Positions 40,940 to 54,180 of a DNA stretch of 64,000 nt are shown here, in pieces. The notes beneath the pieces were generated by a model, which searched no databases, was not told the DNA's origin, and worked only from the letters and a program-made list of their open reading frames with translations. The stretch is from positions 63,674,001 through 63,738,000 of the forward strand of contig OX597827.1 of the NCBI GenBank assembly GCA_951406725.2, written 5' to 3'. The translations under genes and the position numbers were made by a program. This DNA is from Octopus vulgaris (lineage: Eukaryota). How positions within the stretch are numbered: the first letter of the stretch is position 1; every line of letters begins with the position of its first letter.

Positions 40940-41268
40940 AGCTTTGCCTTTCCCTTGTATAATATCAGTGGCATGGAGAGGTGAGGCTGGTATGCATGGG
41001 CCCACTGCTGGTCTTCTAAAAACAACCTTGCTCAGACTTGTGCCTTGCGGGGTAACCTTTCTAGGTGCAATCCCATGGTCATTCATGACCGAAGGGGGTC
41101 TTTACCCTTTAAATATTTATAATGGCATAGAGACTTTACCCTTTAAATATATATAATGGCATGGAGAAGGGCTGCTGGTATGCATGGTTGACTGCTGGTT
41201 TCCCAAAAACAACCTTACCCTGACTTTCTAAGTGCAATCCATGGTCATTTGTGACCAAAGGGAGCCTA
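40940..41268 (+). mobile_element. Tandem 5'-truncated copies of the family E tail seen at 17610-17752
   Basis: gcatggagagg..gctggtatgcatgg...catggtcatt..tgacc.aaggg repeated. Confidence 0.7.
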
Positions 41269-41509
41269 AAATAATGATGAGTTTATGGAGATCTTACCAT
41301 TTTGCCTGTTTGGCAGTGAAAAACGGCTGGATATCCAGCAACTCAGGTTTCTAAATCATGCACTGCTAACGATGGGCCTTTGCGCCTGATATATACTGTT
41401 ACTCAGGTTTCCTTTTTGCATTGATAGCTCTCCTTCTTCGTCCAATTGTTATTATTTTGCTTCTGTATCACAGTGTTTCCAGCAAACTGCAACATGCTTC
41501 ATATATTCA

Positions 41510-42058
41510 TTTATTCTTTTACTTGTTTCAGTCATTTGACTGCGGCCATGCTGGAGCACCACCTCGAAAGGATTTAGTCAAATAAATCTACCCCTGGACT
41601 TATTCTTTGTAAGCCTAGTACTTGTTCTGTTGGCCTCTTTTGCCGAACCGCTAACTTACAGGGATGTAAACACACCGGTGCCAGTGGTCATGTGGTGATG
41701 AGGGACAAACAGACACATAGGCAAACACACACAAATACCACATAAATATACATATATACATACATATGAGTGGCTGAGTGGTAAGTAGCTTGCTAACCAA
41801 CCACATGATTCCGGGTTCAGTCCCACTGCGTGGCATCTTGGGCAAGTGTCTTCTGCTATAGCCCCAGGCTGACCAATGCCCTGTGAGTGGATTTGGTAGA
41901 CAGAAACTGAAAGAAGCTTGTCGTATATATGTATATGTGTATATATATGTATGTGTGTGTGCCATGTATGTGTGTGCTCAAGGTGCCATGCAGTAGGACT
42001 GAACCTGGAGTCATGTAGTTGGGAAGCAAGCTTCTTACCACACAGCCATACCTGCGCT
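41510..42058. mobile_element. Rearranged SINE A pieces (tail minus, head plus, head minus)
   Basis: 41510-41730 (-), 41768-41925 (+), 41975-42058 (-). Confidence 0.7.
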
Positions 42059-42494
42059 ATAAATATATATGATGTCATATATATTTGTGCCTACGTATAT
42101 ATTGTGTGTATGTATATATATATCGTGTGTACTTATATGCATGTATAACCTTGTTTTGATATCCTGTGATGGTTATAAATGAACATCACCATAATAGAGA
42201 CAAAATAGATTTCTGATTGGATAAAACGTGTCAGAGAGCTTTCAACTTAGTACAGATTTCTATCGACCTCATGGTTTTTTTCAACTGAACTTATTTCATG
42301 ATTAGATATCTAACGAAATACACTGTTGAAGAGGTCAAGTGTTAGACTGCACATGAGCGAAAACAACACAACTGCCTGAGAGACACCACGTTACCATCAG
42401 TGCAGCAAAACCACCATCAATGTATGGAAAGATGTGCTGTTGTTGTTATTATCATCATCATCATCATCATCATTATTAGTATTATTATTATTAA

Positions 42495-42704
42495 GGTGGC
42501 AAGCTGGTGGAGTCGTTAGCATGCCAGGTGATATGCTTTGCAGTACTTCATCTGTTGCTATGGTCTGAGTTCAAATTTCACCGAGGTTGACTTTGCCTTT
42601 CATCCTTTCGAGGTCGATAAATTAAGCACCAGTTGTGTACTGGGGTCGATCTAATTGACTGGCCCCCTCCCCCAAAGTCTTCCCTTGTGCCTAGAGTAGA
42701 AAAG

Positions 42705-42741
<37 letters not shown>

Positions 42742-42952
42742 GCGGTGAACTGGCAGAGTAGTTAGCATGCCAGGCGGCACGCTTAGCAGTATTTCGCCTG
42801 TTGCTGTGTTCTGAGTTCAAATTCCACCGAGGTCGACTTTGCCTTTCATCCCTTTAGGGTTGATGAATTAAGTACCAGTGAAACTCTGGAATCAATTTAA
42901 CCAATTAGTCCCCTTGCTCCGAATTTGAGGCCTTCTGCCTTTAGTAGAAAGG
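42495..42952 (+). mobile_element. Two tandem family B variant SINEs separated by (ATT)n
   Basis: B head and central domain; alternative tail ...ccttgtgcctagagtagaaaagatt. Confidence 0.75.
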
Positions 42953-43205
42953 ATCATCATCATCATCATCACTTTTGGTGGTCAGGGTAAACCTGGATCT
43001 ATGGGGTTCCATGGTTTGCGCTAGCTGGAGTTTCTCCTGCATCAGGATGAGTGCATCATTCATTCATGTTATCACAAACTCTGAATACTATGTACACTTT
43101 TATCACATATCACTGTCTTTCCCATTTCTTTCGCGCCATCTTTTATGTAAATCCCAACACAAATTGTTATCTGTCCCTGTGATATCCCCCTCATCTATAA
43201 AAGAA

Positions 43206-43243
<38 letters not shown>

Positions 43244-43399
43244 CATTGTTATTATTATTATTATTATTGTTTTTGTTATCATCATGGCAGTCAAAATTCA
43301 TCATCATCATCATCGTCATCATGTTCATCATCATCACATTTTACAACCTAATATTATTATTATTATTATCAAAATGTCATCAGGTGCTCACAGCCCTCT

Positions 43400-44580
43400 A
43401 CTAGTCAGACAATAGGATTTGGTGGATGTTCCACTTTAGAAATTTATAGAGGATTAGCGGTGGGGAAGTATGACAATGTTCAAGGGGAGACTCTGGGTGC
43501 TGATGAGAATGAACTGGTTGGGAATTATCATCGATGATTTCCAGATGTCCTTGGCCTGGCAGTGCTACCAGGGAGTGCTACAGGCACAGATGTGCTGCCA
43601 GACAGGCTTGTCTGAGGTGCACGCAGCGTGACGAAACCTTTCTGCATGCCCTCGTTCAGTGTCCAGGCATTGCTGACTTGTGGGGGTTTATATCAAGCAG
43701 CTGCTGTTACATGTGGGACGAAACCATCTGTCAGCCGAGTCTGTAGTGATGATGGCTCTGCCACCCTCCTTCAATCGAGCAGGCAAGGCAGTTTTCCTTT
43801 GCCCGGTGGCTGTGGCAAAAGAGGTTGTTTGGTGGACAAGGTTGAAAAGCATGAGGACAGGTATGTTCCTCTTTGGTAGAGCTCGCATTGACTTCTTCAT
43901 GTTTCACATGGAAAGGAAATTGTGAGTGGCGAGAGAAGTTCTGTCCTTGAGTGAGTTTACTGAAAGGTGAGCGAAAGTTGTGAAAATGGCAAGAGTGGAT
44001 GGCACCTCTCTGAGTGTAGACCTTTGAGTCAAAGAGAAGGAACTGGAGAGGGTACTTGTTCTTGGCGGTGAGCTGGCAGAAACTTTAGCACGCCAGGCGA
44101 AATGCGTAGCCGTATTTCGTCTGTCGTTACGTTCTGGGTTCAAATTCCGCCGAGGTCGACTTTGCCTTTCATCCTTTCGGGGTCGATAAATTAAGTACCA
44201 GTTACGCACTGGGGGGTCGATGAAATCGACTTAATCCACTTGTCTGTCCTTGTTTGTCCTCTCTATGTTTAGCCCCTTGTGGGTAGTAAAGAAATAGGTA
44301 CTTGTTCTTGGGGTTTCAGGGAAATCAGTGGGTTTCCTTAATTATCCCTAGAAGCGTTCCTGTATCAGGAGGACCATATCTCTGTCATCCTCCCCGCCAC
44401 TTTCATTTTAAGCCTTTGTATGCTATGCATATGACCCCTTCTTCTTCAGTGTGTACTGTGTATAATTTCTTCCCTTTATCTTTATTATTCCATCATATGT
44501 AAACCCCAACACTTCATGTCTGTCTTTGTATTGTCTTCCCTCATCTTTCACCCTTGTGGCAGATAAATGAAATCATTATT
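43400..44580 (+). pseudogene. Tx1-clade (L1 superfamily) LINE ORF2 C-terminus and 3' UTR, decayed
   Basis: DFQMSLAWQCYQG.. and CCHC knuckle CLRCTQRDETFLHALVQCP, then VAKEVVWWTR; stops and frameshifts; ends cccttgtggcagataaatgaaatc(att)n. Confidence 0.75.
44064..44296 (+). mobile_element. SINE family B, full length, 13-15-bp TSD
   Basis: TSD ggtacttgttctt at 44051-44063 and 44297-44309. Confidence 0.9.
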
Positions 44581-44774
44581 ATCATTATTAATAATACTGC
44601 TGATCATGTGTCTCTCTCTGAGCCCCTTTGGAATATAAATGATGTAGCAAACAGTCCCTGAAGGCCGGTCAGTGACCAGTTGGCCGGTTGAGTTTTAAAG
44701 ATCATGTTACACATAATGAATTCGTTTCATTGTCCAATGCTCCAGTGCTCCATCCCCAGGGAATCTACAAGCTG

Positions 44775-44862
<88 letters not shown>

Positions 44863-45207
44863 CACACACTCACACATGCCACATATGCCACAAATGCAAG
44901 CATATATACATTCATATGTGTGTGTGTGTATATATATGTATGTATATATATATATATGCGTGTGTGTATGTGTATATGAATATATATGTGTAAATATATA
45001 TGTGTGTGTATATATATATGTATAGATATGGGTATGTGTGTGTATATAGATGTGTGTGTGTTTGTGTAAATGTATTGATCAGTTGTTCATAAGTTCCAAC
45101 AAAAGTACATTGTAGAATAATTTTCTGAGCTGTAATATTTAATGTAGTCGTTGGTTATGCCCAGTGAGAAAAGCTGACCAACCATAACCAACAACTACAT
45201 AATATAC

Positions 45208-45254
<47 letters not shown>

Positions 45255-45271
45255 CATACACATATATATAT

Positions 45272-45302
<31 letters not shown>

Positions 45303-45304
<2 letters not shown>

Positions 45305-45616
45305 GAGGCGCAATGGCTCAGTGGTTAGAGCAGCGGGCTCGCAGTCGGAGGATTGCCGTTTCGATTCCCAGACCGAGCGTTGTGTGTGTTTATTGAGCAA
45401 AAACATCTAAAAGCCCCATGAGGCTCCGGCAGGGGGTGGTGGCAACACCTATTGTACTTTTTCGTCACAACTTTCTATCACTCTCTCTTCCTGTTTCTTG
45501 AGTAACGCTGTGATGGACTGGCGTCCCATCCAGCTGGTGGGAACACATACACCACAGAAACTAGGAAACTGGGCCCATGAGCCTAGCTAGGCTTGAGAAG
45601 GGCAACGTTTATCGTT

Positions 45617-45618
<2 letters not shown>
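45303..45618 (+). mobile_element. SINE family D head (tRNA-Arg-like, TCG at the anticodon position) with an E-type tail
   Basis: Head matches 5801-5990; tail matches about 10836-10935. Confidence 0.8.
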
Positions 45619-45666
<48 letters not shown>

Positions 45667-46678
45667 CAGTTAATTTATGATTACAGAATGCTGTGTAAAC
45701 CTCATCTTCTGTTATTGGCTATCAGATGTCATCATACAGTAGAAATGCTACTAGATTTTCTTTGGGAATTCCACAGTGTATAATTCATGGACAATGGATG
45801 TTAAACCATGATGATGATGATATAAGGCGGCGAGCTGGCAGAAACGTTAGCACGCTGGTCGTAATGCTTACCAGTATTTCGTCTGTCTTTATGTTCTTTG
45901 TTCAAATTCCGCCGAGGTCGACTTTGCCTTTCATCCTTTCGAGGTCGATAAATTAAGTACCAGTTGCATACTGGGGTTGATCTTATTGACTGGCCCCCTC
46001 CCCCAAAATTTTGTGTCTTGTGCCTAGAGTAGAAAAAAAGATGATGATGATGTGTGTGTGTGTATATGCCATATTATATGTCTGTGTGCATGTGCTTTTG
46101 TGTGTGTGTGTTTGTATTTTGCATGAGCTATAGCTGAAATTTTTTTCTATTTAATTTGGGACTTTGTTCAGTCATGGACAAAGTTTATTAAAGGGTTTCA
46201 AATATTTCATTCCACCTTCAAACTTCTCTGCATCATAATCAGAAATGTAGAATCTTTTTCTTCCCTAATGATGGAGACTCGATTTATCTAATGTTTATTT
46301 GAACAGCTGTTGTTGGACTTTTAACACCTTACCGCCTCCTCTTTTAATTTTCCCTGTCATTTGTACTCTGTGTAAGTTTGATCCCTTAATATATAAATAT
46401 TTTCCTTTTCTACTTGTTTCAGTCATTTGACTGCAGCCATGCTGGAGCACTGCTTTTAGTCGAACAAATCGACCCCCAGGACTTATTCTATCGGTCTCTT
46501 ATGCCGAACCATTAAGTTATGGGGGATGTAAACACACCAACATCAGTTGTCAAGCAATGGTTGGAGGACAAAAACAGAAACACAAACATATATATATATA
46601 CAATGGGCTTCTTTCAGTTTCCATCTACCAAATCCACTCCCAAGGCTTTGGTCAACCCAAGGTTATAGTAGAAGTATA

Positions 46679-46735
<57 letters not shown>

Positions 46736-47789
46736 TTATGTATTTTATACAAATCTCATTTACAAAAAAACATTTTTCAATTGGAGAATATTTGTTTTCT
46801 TAAAAGTGCCACAAAATATGGACCATCTTGTTTGATTGTCCAGGTAAACTTAGTCTACTGCTCAGAGTGACCCTGGCAGCTGACACTAAGAACAGCAGAG
46901 TGGTGAACCAGTTATACTGGAAGCCTGAAGCCAAAGCAGTTAACAATTATCAAATGTCAGTATGTCCTCCCTTTTCAAGACATCATTGTGTTTGATTTAA
47001 GGGAGATTTTAGCTGCTGTTTCTATCAGATCAAATGACTATGAAGAATGGGAATGAGCTTTCTGTAAGTTATTGCATGTTGCACGCTGTAAATCAGACCA
47101 CACTGTTAAAGTAATAAGTTACCAAACTACGGTATGCAGTAAAGAGTATACCATTTATTATTACACTAAGCTAATCGTGAAGAATTGATTGAGGTAAAGT
47201 GTGAGTGAATGGGAGGAGTGAGTGAGAGAAGAAGAGAGGCAGGAGAAAAGAAAGAAAATTATCTAAAGTAACTGAGACAAACTACTCTAAAGATTATGAT
47301 GTGAAATTTTAGTATAAAAAATTACTATCATCATCATCATCATCATCATCATCACCATCATCATTATCATCATTCATCATATTCATCAACTTCATCATTA
47401 TTGTCATAATCATCATCATCGTCACCATCATCAGTCATCACGGTTTGTTTTGAGCAGTAAACATCAATGTCTCTAGACCACCAACACAACCTCATCTTCA
47501 TGATGAAGGGAATGTTGGTGTGTGGTGCTGTTGTCTCTTTATTGCATGTAACATCTACAGTAAAAGGGGAACAACACATTCCAACATCACATCATCCTGA
47601 AGATGAGACTATTACTTCTAGAAACATTAATGATCAATTAAAGAATTTTCCAGAGCATTCTACTTGGAACTTCTCTTTTCATTTGGTTCCATATCATCCT
47701 TATCACTTTCAATTTTCCTTCTGCCAATCTCTACCAAATAATTCTTGGATGTCTTACCATCCTTTCCTCACTGAGTTCTAATCCAAGGC

Positions 47790-48024
47790 TTGCCGGGCAA
47801 AATGCTTAGCGGTATTTTGTCTGCCATTAAGTTCTGAGTTCAAATTCTGCCAAGGTCAACTTTGCCTTTCATCTTTTTAGGGTCGATTAAATAAGTACCA
47901 GTTATGCACTAGGGTCGATGTAATCAACTTAATCCCTTTGTTTGTCCTTGTTTGTTCCCTCTATGTTTAGCCCCCCATGGGCAATAACAACATAAATGTT
48001 CTTTTCGTTTTCATCATATATGAG

Positions 48025-48074
<50 letters not shown>

Positions 48075-49680
48075 TAGATGTGGCTGTGTAGTAAGAAGCT
48101 TGCTTCCCAATCACATGGTTCTGGGTTCAGTCCCACTGTGTGGCACCTTGGAAAAGTGCCTTCAACTACAGTCCTGGGCCAACCAAAGACTTGTGAGTGG
48201 ATTTGGTAGACGGAAACTGAAAGAAGCCCATCATATAAGTGTGTGTGTGTGTTTGTGTGTGCGTTCAACATTGTCCCCTCTTACACAAACCACCACCACC
48301 ACCACTATTTGACATCTGGTGTTGGTGTATTTATGTCCCCATAACTTAGCAGTTCAGCAAAAGAGACCAATAGAATAAGTACCGGGCTGCAGTTAATACA
48401 TTCGACTAAATCTTCTTCAAGGCAGTGCCCCAGCATGACCACAGTCTAATGACTGAAACAAGCAAAAAATGCCAAAAAAAAAAAATAAAAAAGGAAATCA
48501 AAGATATCTCTCCATTTGCATTTCTCTGTTTGTTAGCTGATAGATTCCTGTGCGTCTTTTGGTTTTAACCCAGCATGGCTTTGACTCTCTCAGACTCACA
48601 CAATCTCTGGGATATACATACTATGAGCAGAATGGATTTTTTTTTTCTTGTTTTGCCAATAAATATATTTCTGTGAAGTTAATGCATGTTGCAAAAACAA
48701 AAAAAAACAAACAAAAAGCACATATTATCTTCATCAGTGGGAAGCCATTCTGCTCATTGTTCAAAGTAGATTTTGTTTCAAAATGTCATAAATATCAAGT
48801 GAAAACTTTTTAGGGGTAGAACTCTGTAGAATAAAGAGCTCCTTAATTCCAGATATGAAATATATATTATTAGTAAAGGTAGTGCAGGAGTGGCTGTGTG
48901 GTATGTAGCTTGCTTACCAACCACATGGTTCCGGGTTCATTCCCACTGTGTGGCGCCTTGGGCAAGTGTCTTCTACTATAGCCTCAGGCCGACCAAAGCC
49001 TTGTCAGTGGATTTGGTATACAGAAACTGAAAGAAGCCCGTCGTATATATGTATGTATGTGTATGTGTGTATATGTTTTTGTGTCTGTGTTTGTCCTCCC
49101 AACATCACTTGACTACCAATGCTGGTATGTTTACGTCCCCGTAACTTAGCGGTTCGGCAAAAGACACCGATAGAATAAGTACTAGGCTTACAAAGAATAA
49201 GTCCTGGGGTCGATTTGCTCAACTAAAGGTAGTGCTCCAGCATGGCTGCAGTCAAATGACTGAAACAAGTAAAAGAGAGAGTAAAGAGTAAAGAATAGCG
49301 AGCTGGCAGAATCGTTAGCACGCCGGGCGAAATGCTTAGCAGTATTTCGTCTGACTTTATGTTCTGAGTTCAAATTCCACTGAGGTTGACTTTGCCTTTC
49401 ATCCTTTCGGGAGTCGATGAAATAAGTACCAGTTATGAACTGGGGTTGATGTAATTGAGTTAATCCCTTTGTCTGTCCTTGTTTGTCCCCTCTATGTTTA
49501 GCCCCTTGTGGGCAATAAAGAAATAAGAAACTGGTGTGCCTATGTACCCGAAACTTAGCGGTTCAGTAAAAGAGACTGGTAGAATAAGTACTAGGCTTAC
49601 AAGGAATAAGTTCTGTGGTCGAGTTGCTTGACTAAAAGTGGTGCTCCATCATGGCCACAGTCAAATGATTGAAACAAATA
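47790..49680 (+). mobile_element. Dense plus-strand SINE cluster: B (47790-47985), A (48075-48470), A (48881-49295), B (49297-49525), A tail (49530-49680)
   Basis: Family consensus motifs. Confidence 0.8.
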
Positions 49681-49705
49681 AAAAAACTGTGTGTGTGTGT
49701 GTATG

Positions 49706-49770
<65 letters not shown>

Positions 49771-49783
49771 GTATGTACATATG

Positions 49784-49830
<47 letters not shown>

Positions 49831-50299
49831 ATATATAAATATATTTGTATATATATATATGTATATATATGTATGTATATATATGTATAAATATATATAT
49901 ACACACATGCATATATACATACATATGTTTATATATGTGTGTGTATGCACATACCTATACACACACACACACACAGACACAGAAAGATACCTAGTATTTG
50001 TGCTTTGCTTGCGAGTTTTAATTCCAACTCAGTGAGACTGTGACGATCTTGTTTATTGAATTATTCTCGTTACTGTGACGTCCATTCTAATTCATTCTGA
50101 TAGATTCTAATTGAAAGGACACTAATTGTAGTTTACTAATTATCTATGTGTTGAATTAAATTAAATTTATTGTTTGTTAATCTAGGATTCAATAGGAGAA
50201 ACATATTCATTTCAAACAAAGCAATGTGCACAAGTAGAAAGAAGAGTATTTGCATATACCTGTGTATATGTATGCAAACATCTACATGTATGTATGTAC

Positions 50300-50377
<78 letters not shown>

Positions 50378-50378
<1 letters not shown>

Positions 50379-51037
50379 ATATTTTACTTTGATAGGTTTC
50401 GGCCATTATTGGCCCAGGCCATGTCTAACTAATAGCACCACCTGGTGAAGTCTTTCAAGTCAGAATTTGGGCACTATGGCCCACTCAAGTAGAGAAGGTG
50501 CTTCGACTTTTTGATACCTTGTATTGTGTGGGGAGACCACAGTGGACAACAGTATTCAAGGTGGGGTCGGGCAAAAGTGGAGAAGAGAAGGATAATGGTG
50601 TGGATATCTCTCGACTGGAAAGTTCTGAGAATCCAGGAACACATTCTGCGGGCCATGTCAACTTTGGTGTTTATATGAGTGGCCCAGCTTACGTTGTTGT
50701 CCACAATTACTCCCAAGTCTCTGATGTTGTTGGACGCCGCGAGAGTTTCACCTGAAGGAAGGGAGTATGGGAGTTTCAGGGCATCCTCTTTTCCAAAGTG
50801 GATTAGCTCAAATTTATCCTCGTTCAGCAGCATATTGTTTTTTTCTGCCCATTGGATAACAGCCAGTAGATCTGACTGAAGGCATGTCCGGTCACTCGCC
50901 TCATTTATGACCTTCTGTAGCTTGGAGTCATCTGCAAAGATTTTTATGTTGCTGTGCTTGATGATGTCATTAATGTCATTAATGTAAATGATGAAAAGAA
51001 GTGGGCCCAGCACAGTGCCTTGCGGAACGCCACTACT
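50378..51037 (-). pseudogene. CR1-clade reverse transcriptase fragment, 5'-truncated and apparently internally deleted, with 3' tail
   Basis: [21 protein letters not shown]...KIFADDSKL...RDLGVIVD...RPHLEYCCPLWSP, stop-free for about 180 codons; homology breaks near 50500. Confidence 0.9.
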
Positions 51038-51070
51038 GACTATATATATATTTATATTTATATTTATATT

Positions 51071-51108
<38 letters not shown>

Positions 51109-51166
51109 CATACATACATACATACATGTAGATGTTTGCATACATATATATATGTGTGAGTGTGTA

Positions 51167-51200
<34 letters not shown>

Positions 51201-51207
51201 GCAATTG

Positions 51208-51264
<57 letters not shown>

Positions 51265-51595
51265 GCACAGTTAACTAACACCACACACTTCAGTGTTAGT
51301 TGCCTCCTCTGAAGAGCACATAGTGCTACTTAATATCCAGTTATCTAATACTTAATGTGAAACTGTTTTGTAAGAACAGAAATGTGGCTATTGATTAATG
51401 TACCCACTCTATTGACTAATATTATGAGTGTTATATTTTTTCTGACTTATGGCTTCTTACATGACTGCATATATATATATATATATATATATTGATAGAA
51501 ATGGTAAGACAACAAAAGAAGGAAAGACACCTTGGTATTATGTAAATAGAGGAATTATCTGTAAATATTATATGTGACAATTATTTGGTAGCCAT

Positions 51596-51656
51596 GATAA
51601 AAATCTGAGTTTTGGATGTTGGGGCAGAAACCCACGCTGCCATCTCTTCAGTTATC
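51596..51656 (-). ncRNA. Degenerate hammerhead motif inside a Penelope-like repeat (about 51490-51740)
   Basis: GATAA CTGAAGA GATG..CATC c AAAA CTCAGATT T TTATC; stem I GATAA/TTATC. Confidence 0.5.
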
Positions 51657-51916
51657 TGGTCATCGAAAAAAATGCTATGAAAATGACTGTTAAACAAAGG
51701 GTAATTACTGTGTGATTGACCGTAATTAAAACAAAAGAGCTATGTATATAGCTCTTTTGGGGTCTGTATATATAAAAAAAGTGTAAAAAATAAGCAATAA
51801 GAATAAAAACACATCTATATACGGACACACATGCGCGCGCAAAAAAGGCTCATACACACATCTATATACGCACCTGCACAAGAAAAAACAGGGTTAAAGG
51901 CTTCTTTTATGACTAC

Positions 51917-51948
<32 letters not shown>

Positions 51949-52054
51949 ATATAGTTAATCCAAACATGAAAACACAAAGAGAAAACATAACAACGCAAGG
52001 ACGTGGAACAAATATAGTATTATTGGACGCTCAGGAAGGAAGGGAAGAAGGAGG

Positions 52055-52089
52055 GTTTAACGTTTCGAGCGGCGCTCTTCGTCAGAAAC
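52055..52089 (-). ncRNA. Minimal type-I hammerhead with intact core (family H1, element about 51950-52165)
   Basis: GTTT CTGACGA A GAGC gcc GCTC GAAA CGT T AAAC. Confidence 0.7.
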
Positions 52090-53248
52090 ATAGGAAAAGG
52101 AAAGATCAAGAGAAGGGAAGATGGAGGAAAAAATATCGCCAACGGTACACACACAGTCACATTTTGAATGTATTGATAGAGATGGTAAGACAACAAAAGA
52201 ATGAAAGAGACCTCGATATTATGTAAATGACTACATATATAAGAATAACTTATATTTATATTTAAATATCACGTGATCACGTGACCGACCAGGCTATCAG
52301 ATGTTGTTACGCATCGCTGGTCACGATGCACTTCGCATTGTTTTAGCCTTCAAATGACGCCACCCCGCTGGCTAAGCGAGCAAGCCAATATTTAAATATA
52401 TATATATATATATATGTAGTCATTTACATAATATCGATGCAGATATATTGTATGATATAGAAGATATAGAAGGCTTGCTTTTCAGATCAACAGAATAATA
52501 TGGTTACATGAATTTGTCAGGAGCTGGAGTTGTCAGGAGCTGGCAAGGCAGAGGACTACACCAAGTTCCAGTGTCTGTTTTGGCATGGTTATTACAGCCG
52601 GATGCCTTACTAATACCAACCACTTTACAGAGTGGACTGGCAAGGTCCCTTTTTGGCATGCCTTTAGCACAACAGCACCACAATGCCACCGTGAACAATG
52701 ACAACAACAGTGATGATGATGATGATGATGACGATTATGTTGTATGTCCCTAGCAGAACTGCAAAGCTAATTCTGTGCTGCCTGTGTTTAAGAGAACAAT
52801 CGAGTGAGTGGTGGCTTTACTCAAAATCTAAGTTTCAGACATCACGTATGCATACATGCAAGCATCTATGTAATGTATGTACATATGCAAATATGTGTTT
52901 GTGTTTGTGTGTATATATTTCTGAATATGCAAATATTGCTGCAGATGTAAGATGATGTATAAAAAATTGTATAATCTTCTTAGCACAAGTAAGAAAACAT
53001 TATCCGTTGTCATTAGGCATGGCAACTCTGTTTAGATTTATGCATTAGCACATTCATACATTACACACACAAACCTACATGCATATTTGTATGCTCATAA
53101 TACAAATACACATAGACATGCATACACACACACACATACACACACAGAGTACATATACACAAACAAAAATAATATATTACTGAATACATTATCCTGTTTT
53201 GAATTTTGCTGAGCTTGCTCTTAGTCATGCTAAATTATCTATATATAT

Positions 53249-53869
53249 GGTGCAGGAGTGGCTGTGTGATTAAGTATATTGCTTACCGACCACATGATTC
53301 TGGGTTCAGTCCCACTGCATGGCACCTTGGGGAAGTATCTACTATAGCCTCAGGCAAGCCAAATCCTTGTGAGTGGATTTGGTAGACAGAAACTGAAAGA
53401 AACCGGCGAGCTGGCAGAAATGTTAACACACCAGGTGAAATGCTTAGCGGTATTTCGTCTGACTTTATGTTCTGAGTTCAAATTCCGCTGAGGTCGGCTT
53501 TGCCTTTCATCTTTTTGGGGTCGATAAATTAAGTACCAGTTACACACTGGAGTCGATGTAATCGACTTAATCCCTTTGTATGTCCTTGTTTGTCCCTTCT
53601 ATGTTTAGCCCCTTCTGGGCAATAAAGAAATAAGAAACTGAAAGAAGCCAAGCCAGTTGTATACATGTGTGTGTCTGTGTTTATCCACCCACTATCACTT
53701 AGCAACCGGTATTGGTGTGTTTATGTCCCTGTAACTTGGCGATTCGACAAAAGAGACCGATAGAATAAGTACTAGGCTTATAAAGAATAAATCCTAGAGT
53801 TGATTAGTTCGATTAAAAGGTGGTGCTCCAGCATGACCACAGTCAAGAAGACTGAAACAAATAAAAGAA
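53249..53869 (+). mobile_element. SINE A with nested SINE B (53405-53632)
   Basis: TSD agaaactgaaagaa at 53388-53401 and 53633-53646. Confidence 0.85.
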
Positions 53870-53921
53870 CATGCATATATGAATATTTATATTTATATAT
53901 GCATGTTCTTTATATTTATAT

Positions 53922-53966
53922 ATGCATCTGACGACTCCACTTGAGTGGACGCAAGCGCTAATATAT
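53922..53966 (+). ncRNA. Degenerate minimal hammerhead
   Basis: ATGCAT CTGACGA cTCCAC ttga GTGGAc GCAA GCGC T A ATATAT. Confidence 0.5.
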
Positions 53967-54180
53967 GATTTATAAAAGCATGTAACATATTAATAAATAT
54001 CTGTAAATATAAAACCATCCAGATTTCTGAGTACCTCATTTATTCTAATAAATATTTATATATACATATCTATGCATCTGCATATGTATGGAATACAGTG
54101 AATGTCAGAATGCCTGAAGCTTATATAATATATTGCTCTGTAAGTAAATAAATAATATAATTGGGAATGTTATTAAAGTT

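Noticed and set aside
50474-51145. 223-aa ORF as a functional reverse transcriptase gene
   Set aside because: The start lies in a TA repeat, and the N-terminal RT motifs and endonuclease are missing; it is a CR1 fragment.
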